NCBI GenBank assembly: GCA_963761305.1
Contig: CAVXGK010000002.1
Span: 1,632,001-1,696,000, forward strand
From: an uncultured Gemmatimonadaceae bacterium
GTDB lineage: Bacteria; Gemmatimonadota; Gemmatimonadetes; Gemmatimonadales; Gemmatimonadaceae
Reading direction: 5' to 3'
DNA: 64,000 nt
Shown: positions 58,183-64,000 of the stretch, one piece after another
How the letters are laid out: each line of letters begins with the position of its first letter
Position numbering within the stretch: position 1 is the first letter of the stretch
Notes under the pieces: model-generated
Told to the model about the DNA's origin: nothing
Seen by the model: the letters and a program-made list of their open reading frames with translations, nothing else
Databases searched by the model: none
Position numbers and translations under genes: made by a program

Positions 58183-60350
58183 GCCCACGTCGCGTTCGAC
58201 AGCTCGCTCACCACACCGACACGCAGCGCGGCGACGACTGATTCGCCGACGTCGGTGCGCCACGGCGGCGTGGCCAGCAGGCCTCGCGTCCACTCGGCGC
58301 GCAGCGTCTGCGGAAAGTATTTCGCCCGCCGGATCGCCACGCCGCGTGCGCGCGCGTCGATCGCTAGCGCGAGCAACCGGTCGCGCGCCTGTGCTTCCGG
58401 TGAAACCCCCGTCGAGCAAAGTCCGAGTGGCGGCGCACCGAGCATCGACGCGTCGGCGCGGGCATTCGGCGAGCGACCCAGCTGCTGCCACACGACGCGC
58501 CACGACACGGGCGAGTCGAGAACCCGCCGCACCATCAGCGTCGGATCGATCGACGTTGGGTCGGACCATTCAGACTCGAACGCGTCGCGCGCCGAGTCGG
58601 GGACGAACGTCATCTGCGCCAGCGCCCCGAGCAGCGACTGCGCGCCGGCTGCTCCCACCGCCGCGGGCGCACCGGCCGCGTAGCCCGGCAGCATCGGATC
58701 CTGCACCGCCGTGAGAAATCCGTTCGACCTTCCTTGCAGCGCCAGCGTCGACGCCACGAACCAGTCCACGCTGCGCGCGAACAGCTCGGCCGGACGGTCG
58801 TTGGCCGACGGCGCACTCGGTCCCGCGCCGCTCACCCCGCGAATCACCCGCGCTTCGGCCAGGCCGCGCACCGACGCGGCCAGCGCGCCGCGCTTGTCGG
58901 CCATCGCGCGATCGGTGCTGTAGCCGCGCCCGTTCGCGTACATGTGCCGCGCGGTCTGCCAATCGAGATCGTGCGACAGCTCGTGGGCGATCGTGCCGGC
59001 CGACGACGCCACCGACAGCTCCAGCGTGCGCGTGCGCGGGTCGTGCATCGCCAGCGCCGAGTCGGGGAGCGGTTGGTTGCCGAATTGGACGTGGAGACCG
59101 GCGAACGACAGCGCCGGGAAGACGTGCTGCATGTCGTGCAGCGACGTTTCCAACTCGCCGAGGTAGTACGCCCGCCACGCGCGCGGCACGTCGCGGTCGA
59201 ACGTGACCGACGCCAGCTCGAACTCCGCCGCCAGCTCGGCGGCGCTGACCGTCGAATCGCCGGGCAGCCACGGATGCTGTTGCGCGAACGCGCGCATTGC
59301 GACAGCATCGGACAGCATCGAGCGGGCCGCGACGCGCCGCGCCGAATCGCTCTCCGACGTCACCGCGTCGTAGCTGGCGACGCGCGTCTCTTCGTTGGTG
59401 TTCAGCCCTTCGCGGTCGCTGCGCAACCGCGACGCGACGACGATCGGCGCGGCCGGCGGCAGGTCGGCGCCGAGCACGTGGGCCCGCGCCGCGAAGCGCG
59501 GGCCGAGCAGCGGCGACGTCGAGCGCGGCGTGAGCCGCGGATCGGGCGTCCGCTCGAGCGTGTCGAGCGCCTTCACCAACGCCGGCACCGCGTTCATCGC
59601 CTCGGTGCGAATCTCCGCATTGAGCGGTTCGGCCGCCGGCCGTTCGACGCGGAACGTCCCCGCCTCGCGCCGATCCTCGAGCAACGTCAGAACGTCGCGA
59701 CCTTCGGGATCGCGCGTCGCGTCGGTGAGCAGATTTGCCAGGTCCTGTTGCGCGAGAAGCCGATCGCGGACCAGCGCGGCCGCTTCGGTGGCGACGCCGA
59801 CGGCGGGCGGTGCGACCGACGCCTTGCCCGCCGCGATCATGTATGCCAGACGGACGGCCATCTCGCCGGCGCGCGGGTCCGACGCCGATTCGACTGTGTG
59901 CTCGATGAGCGCCAACTGCTGCGCGCCGGTGGCGCCGTGTCCGTCGGCGTCCCACGGCCCGAGCCCGTCGAGCGCCATCGAATCGACGACGTACGCGTCA
60001 CCGCGGCGCAGCCGGCCCAACAATGCCCACACGACGCGTGTACGAAGCGCGGGGTCTGCCTCGAACCGCGGGTCGTCCAGCGCCTGATCGACGAGCCGGA
60101 AGGGGCTGCCGAGTCCGAGACGCAGACGCTCGAGGTAGCTGATGCCGACGGTGAGCGCGTCGCCGCGAGCGCCACGGGGGCTCGAGTTTCGCGCCAGCAC
60201 GATGGTCGAGTCGAAGTACGACGTCGACCTCGTGAGTTGCGAGACCGCGTCGGCGTCGACTGTCGGCCGGTCGTACGTAGCGCCGAAGCCGAGGGCGACG
60301 GCGAACAGCAGGACCGTGACGAGGAGGGAAATGCGGCGGACTACATCCAT
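58110..60350 (-). CDS. Large exported hypothetical protein with HExxH motif
   Basis: N-terminal TM/signal; TIAHELSHDLDW and PAELFAR. Confidence 0.78.
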   Translation of the reverse strand: MDVVRRISLLVTVLLFAVALGFGATYDRPTVDADAVSQLTRSTSYFDSTIVLARNSSPRGARGDALTVGISYLERLRLGLGSPFRLVDQALDDPRFEADPALRTRVVWALLGRLRRGDAYVVDSMALDGLGPWDADGHGATGAQQLALIEHTVESASDPRAGEMAVRLAYMIAAGKASVAPPAVGVATEAAALVRDRLLAQQDLANLLTDATRDPEGRDVLTLLEDRREAGTFRVERPAAEPLNAEIRTEAMNAVPALVKALDTLERTPDPRLTPRSTSPLLGPRFAARAHVLGADLPPAAPIVVASRLRSDREGLNTNEETRVASYDAVTSESDSARRVAARSMLSDAVAMRAFAQQHPWLPGDSTVSAAELAAEFELASVTFDRDVPRAWRAYYLGELETSLHDMQHVFPALSFAGLHVQFGNQPLPDSALAMHDPRTRTLELSVASSAGTIAHELSHDLDWQTARHMYANGRGYSTDRAMADKRGALAASVRGLAEARVIRGVSGAGPSAPSANDRPAELFARSVDWFVASTLALQGRSNGFLTAVQDPMLPGYAAGAPAAVGAAGAQSLLGALAQMTFVPDSARDAFESEWSDPTSIDPTLMVRRVLDSPVSWRVVWQQLGRSPNARADASMLGAPPLGLCSTGVSPEAQARDRLLALAIDARARGVAIRRAKYFPQTLRAEWTRGLLATPPWRTDVGESVVAALRVGVVSELSNATWAQGVVPVVPAIFRSNAASCSTIAR

Positions 60351-60433
60351 CGTTGATTCGTACCCTTGGCGGGCGATCGGGTTGCCGAACCCCTCGGCGC
60401 CCCGTCTATGCTAGTACCGTGCAATACTATGCA

Positions 60434-61699
60434 ATGAAAGCAAATGGGTGGACCGGTAGACCGGTGGACCGGTGGACGGCCATCGGCCGAGGGCTTATAG
60501 TCGGGCTAACAGCTGCGCTCGCGGCTGCGCTCGGGACGATCGCGCCTCGTGCGGGAGCTCAGCAGCCGCGCCTCACGATCGAACCGCGGCGGCCTGGTGG
60601 TGGGACACTTACACGCTTGACGATCGATCGCGTCGCCGGGCACGCCGACTCGGTCGTGTCGGTTGTCGGTGTGATGGCCGGCGAGCCGCTCCATTTCCTC
60701 GACGCGGGCAACGACAAGCTGGAAGCGCTCGGCGCGATCCCGGTCGAGGTGTCGGATTCCGTCGTCGCGAAAGTGGTGGTCGTGCGCGCATCCGGCAAGG
60801 AGGATACGCTGCGTCTCAAGCTGGCGTATCCGCACCAGGCGCCGCCTGCCCCGCCGTTGCAATCGCGCGGGCGCGCGCCGGGCGCGCGTCGTCTCCGCGT
60901 CGATCCCAAGTTCACCGCGCGTCCCGACTCGGCGACCGAGGCGCGCGTCGAGCACGAGAACGAGCTCGCGCGAGATGTCGGACGAAAAGCGCAGGACACG
61001 CCGGCTCTCTGGCAAGCGCCGTTCGCTCGCCCGCGCAGCGCCAAGGTGACGAGCAAATTCGGCAGCGGCCGCGTGTTCAATGGCCGCGTGTCGAGCAGCC
61101 ATCTCGGCGTGGACTATCGCGGTGCGCTCGGCGACCCGATCTACGCCGCAAACCGCGGCGTCGTGGCGCTCGTCGACACGTTCTTTCTCGCCGGGAACGT
61201 GGTCTACATCAACCACGGCAACGGCCTCGTCACGGGCTACTTCCATATGAGCCAGCCGGAGGTGGCGATCGGCGACACGGTGGAAAAGGGACAGGAGATC
61301 GGAAAGGTCGGCGCGACCGGGCGAGTGACCGGGCCGCACCTGCACTGGAGCGCGCGCTTTGGTACTTTGACAATCGATCCCGCCGATCTGTTGTCGCTCG
61401 GCCCACCGTTCGTCGCACCGGCGCCGAAGGCGGCTGAGACGGCAGCGGACGATAGCTACCGAAGAAAGCGCGTCCGCCTCGAGGTGACTGGTCGGCATTC
61501 TAGGGCCAGGGCGCAGGCTGCCGTAAGGTCGATGAGTTTCGCGATGAGTCTTCGGCCAGATTCGGCGGTCTCGTCGTTCTGCGGCGATTCGACGTCGCTC
61601 GTCGTCGCGTGCCCGATCGAGGCGCAAGTGGCGTCTCTCGAACGCTGGTGGCGGCCGACGCGGGTGCGGTCGGCGCCGCTGCACGTGGGCGGTCGGTGA
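60434..61699 (+). CDS. M23 family metallopeptidase
   Basis: HLGVDY, GNVVYINHG, HMS, TGRVTGPHLH; the tail after ~61450 looks atypical. Confidence 0.9.
   Translation: MKANGWTGRPVDRWTAIGRGLIVGLTAALAAALGTIAPRAGAQQPRLTIEPRRPGGGTLTRLTIDRVAGHADSVVSVVGVMAGEPLHFLDAGNDKLEALGAIPVEVSDSVVAKVVVVRASGKEDTLRLKLAYPHQAPPAPPLQSRGRAPGARRLRVDPKFTARPDSATEARVEHENELARDVGRKAQDTPALWQAPFARPRSAKVTSKFGSGRVFNGRVSSSHLGVDYRGALGDPIYAANRGVVALVDTFFLAGNVVYINHGNGLVTGYFHMSQPEVAIGDTVEKGQEIGKVGATGRVTGPHLHWSARFGTLTIDPADLLSLGPPFVAPAPKAAETAADDSYRRKRVRLEVTGRHSRARAQAAVRSMSFAMSLRPDSAVSSFCGDSTSLVVACPIEAQVASLERWWRPTRVRSAPLHVGGR
60446..60478 (+). repeat. Single-arm octamer array in the M23 gene 5' end
   Basis: gggtggaccggtagaccggtggaccggtggacg. 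Confidence 0.8.
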
Positions 61700-62163
61700 G
61701 TTCGCGCGATCGATCGGGTTCCCCGAGCGAGTGCGTCCGCCAGTGTTGGCAAGAAACTGCGCCGCCATGGCGATCGGCGTGGATGCGGGGGTCGGCTATG
61801 CCCGAATGGTTCGGGAACCGGTCGAAGTCCACGGTGATGCCATTATGCTCGTGCGTTCGTACCGGCGGTGGCTGCGAATGACCCAACCTCCCGATGATCG
61901 GCGGGCCGTCGGGGCTCGCGAGGTTCGGTGTCGAGCGTCGATGCCTCGCGCTTCGCCGAACTACGCAGTGAACGTCGGCGTGGCGGCGTACAGCGTCGAC
62001 AACACTCGATTCGGCGCTCCGCTGACGGCCGATCGACCTCGCGCTGACTCCCGTTTCCTGGTTCGGCATTCGGTTGGCGGGCGCGCTTCGTGTTGCCGAG
62101 CTATCGCGGGGCTCGCTTGACGAGTACCGCGTTGCAGTTTGCTTCCAGTCCGCAGCCCGCTGA
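61544..62163 (+). pseudogene. Possible decayed outer-membrane protein gene
   Basis: Beta-strand-like fragments in different frames (MAIGVDAGVGY, YAVNVGVAAYSV, LTPVSWFGIRL, VLPSYRGARLTSTALQF); no continuous ORF. Confidence 0.3.
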
Positions 62164-62700
62164 ATTGAGCAACACACTGCGGCGATGTGACCGATGAACG
62201 TTCCGCGGCGCGGATAGCGCCGACAGATCGCGATCGTGAGATACCGATGCGTCTGCGGAACGTTGCACGAAGCGCGATGAGGAGCGCGTCGACGCAAATG
62301 AGAGCGTCGATTCGAAGAGCCGCACAGTCGGTCCCGCCGATCTGCGGGCACTCGTACCGTCAGCCGATCACGGTCCCTGAGCACGCGACTCCCGCCGACG
62401 CATAGACGACATGGGAACGCGTCGGTCGGAGTTGAGATCGCCGTCGCCTGATTTACGAACGCGAATAGCTCAGTAACGACGGAAGACGGGTTTGAATTCC
62501 TCGAGTTCAACACACTTGAGCCGGCGCTCATAAGAATTCCGCTTTTGGACGCCGCACTTGGGTTGGAAGTCCGTTTGGTTACGACGGGCCGCAGCCTACC
62601 TTCGCCTCGAGACACGCGATTTCGCACCGTAGGCGCTGTACCTCTCCGCGGCGCCGTCCGGCTTTCACCGCCGCTCACTCGACAATCCTTCGGGACCGCT

Positions 62701-62796
62701 CGATTTGGGAACGCGGACGTCCGATTTGGGAACGCGGACGTCCGACTTTCCAGCGCGCACACCCGACTTTCCCGCGCGCACCGGCGACTTTTCACG
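62701..62796 (+). repeat. 21-bp tandem repeat, about 4.5 units
   Basis: cgatttgggaacgcggacgtc x2, cgactttccagcgcgcacacc, cgactttcccgcgcgcaccgg, cgacttttcacg. Confidence 0.85.
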
Positions 62797-63209
62797 ACCG
62801 GCGGGACACATTGCCTCGCGAGGGGTGACTGACCCGCGCCGCCCGCTCACTTGCGCCGGGTGTGTGAGTGATTCGTCGATGTGCGAGACGTCGCGAACGT
62901 CATTACAAAGGAGCCTGCGCGGCGTCCGTCGGAGCGCGGCTCGCTCCCACGTCGCAGTGCCTCTCCTATGAAGAGGCGCGCACTCGCCGCCTGCCATCCG
63001 CCCTCAGCCGCCTCTGTTTCGAGCACGACGGCGCGCCGGCGATTGCTCCCTGCCCCCGTCGCCGTCCGGCCTTCTCGACGGACAGCACCCGCGCCCCTTT
63101 GCCTCGACCGCGCTTCGCTCCGGCCGTCACGCGAATCGCCGAGCGGCGCCACGACTGCGCCCCCGCACGCCTCGACTTCCTCGAGGCGCCCCTGGCGGAC
63201 GCGCCAATA

Positions 63210-63272
63210 TGCACGCATATCCAATGCACGTGCACGCACTCCCACTTGGCACGCACGCACTCCCGTTTCAGT
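63210..63272 (+). repeat. 21-bp degenerate tandem repeat, 3 units
   Basis: tgcacgcatatccaatgcacg / tgcacgcactcccacttggca / cgcacgcactcccgtttcagt. Confidence 0.65.
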
Positions 63273-63299
63273 CGGCTTCGCCCCCACCCCGGAGTAACT

Positions 63300-63965
63300 G
63301 TGAACGCCCGTCAGGTTCGTCTCATGCGCGCGATCAACGACGCGCTCGCAGCGCTGCGGAACCCCGAGTTCCACACGCCCACGATCAAACCGCTGCGCGC
63401 CGATCTCGAGCGCCTCGCCAGCGCGCTTCGCGAGGCAATGTCGACGCAGTTGTCGGCCACCGCCGTGGTCGGACCCGACGGGGGCGTCGGCCGGCTGAAG
63501 GTGCAGTTGCGCCAAAAGCACCTGCTCCCGATCGCGCGACGCGCCAAGCTGCTGCTCAAGGGCTACCCCGGCATCGAGGAGTCGCTCGGTATTCCCCACG
63601 CGCGGGCCGACGTCAAGACTCACCTCGACGCGACGAAGCGAATCGTCAAAGCCATACGCCCGCACGCACCGGAGTTTCTCGCCGTCGGTTTTCGAAAGAG
63701 CTTTCTCAGCGACTGCGAGCAACTGGCGCGCACACTCGCCGCGCGGCACGCGAGCCCCGATACGGCGCGCAATCGTCGCGCCATCGCCACCCGATCGATC
63801 CCTGAAACGATCCGCGAAGCCCGCGAGATCATCGCCGCGATCGACGCACACATCAACGCGGAGTTCGCCGACGACCGCGCGCTGATGGCGCAGTGGCGGA
63901 CGGGCAAGCGGGTGCCGGCGCGCATGGGTCGGCCGCCGAGGCGAAAAGGCAACGCGCCGCAGTGA
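63300..63965 (+). CDS. Basic alpha-helical hypothetical protein
   Basis: GGAG RBS before GTG 63300; LRQKHLLPIARRAK, C-terminal W...KRVPARMGRP. Confidence 0.8.
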   Translation: MNARQVRLMRAINDALAALRNPEFHTPTIKPLRADLERLASALREAMSTQLSATAVVGPDGGVGRLKVQLRQKHLLPIARRAKLLLKGYPGIEESLGIPHARADVKTHLDATKRIVKAIRPHAPEFLAVGFRKSFLSDCEQLARTLAARHASPDTARNRRAIATRSIPETIREAREIIAAIDAHINAEFADDRALMAQWRTGKRVPARMGRPPRRKGNAPQ

Positions 63966-64000
63966 CCCGCGAGACTCACGTTCGCCGACTGACCACCAAT

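Noticed and set aside
58734..60356. Long Arg/Ala-rich alternative-frame ORFs here and throughout the ORF track
   Set aside because: Expected shadow ORFs in high-GC DNA; they overlap better-supported genes and lack recognisable motifs

Overview
GC-rich bacterial chromosomal window. The gene mix (Ser/Thr kinase-propeller and kinase-TPR proteins, an ECF sigma-kinase pair, a TPR-TonB fusion, Tat-type periplasmic proteins) suggests Gemmatimonadota; this is an inference. It holds about 60 CDSs: housekeeping genes (holB, moaC, rpiB, tag, a cold-shock gene), many cell-envelope enzymes (two lytic transglycosylases, L,D-transpeptidase, amidase plus a 4x YARHG lipoprotein, M23 peptidase, two serine hydrolases), a fluoride riboswitch-crcB-DUF190 unit, tRNA-Lys(TTT), a toxin-antitoxin-like nucleotidyltransferase pair, two sensor kinases and a periplasmic redox neighbourhood (heme-c/copper monooxygenase-like protein, PQQ dehydrogenase, two double-VOC paralogs, TlpA, ABC exporter). 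I found no integrase, transposase or CRISPR array. The most striking unexplained signal is non-coding: several families of structured intergenic repeats, including two homologous ~240-nt rod-like hairpins that bracket one orphan gene like a cassette (45777-46965). Three genes carry single-base frameshifts, which may be assembly errors. All product calls come from motif recognition by eye, not database searches.
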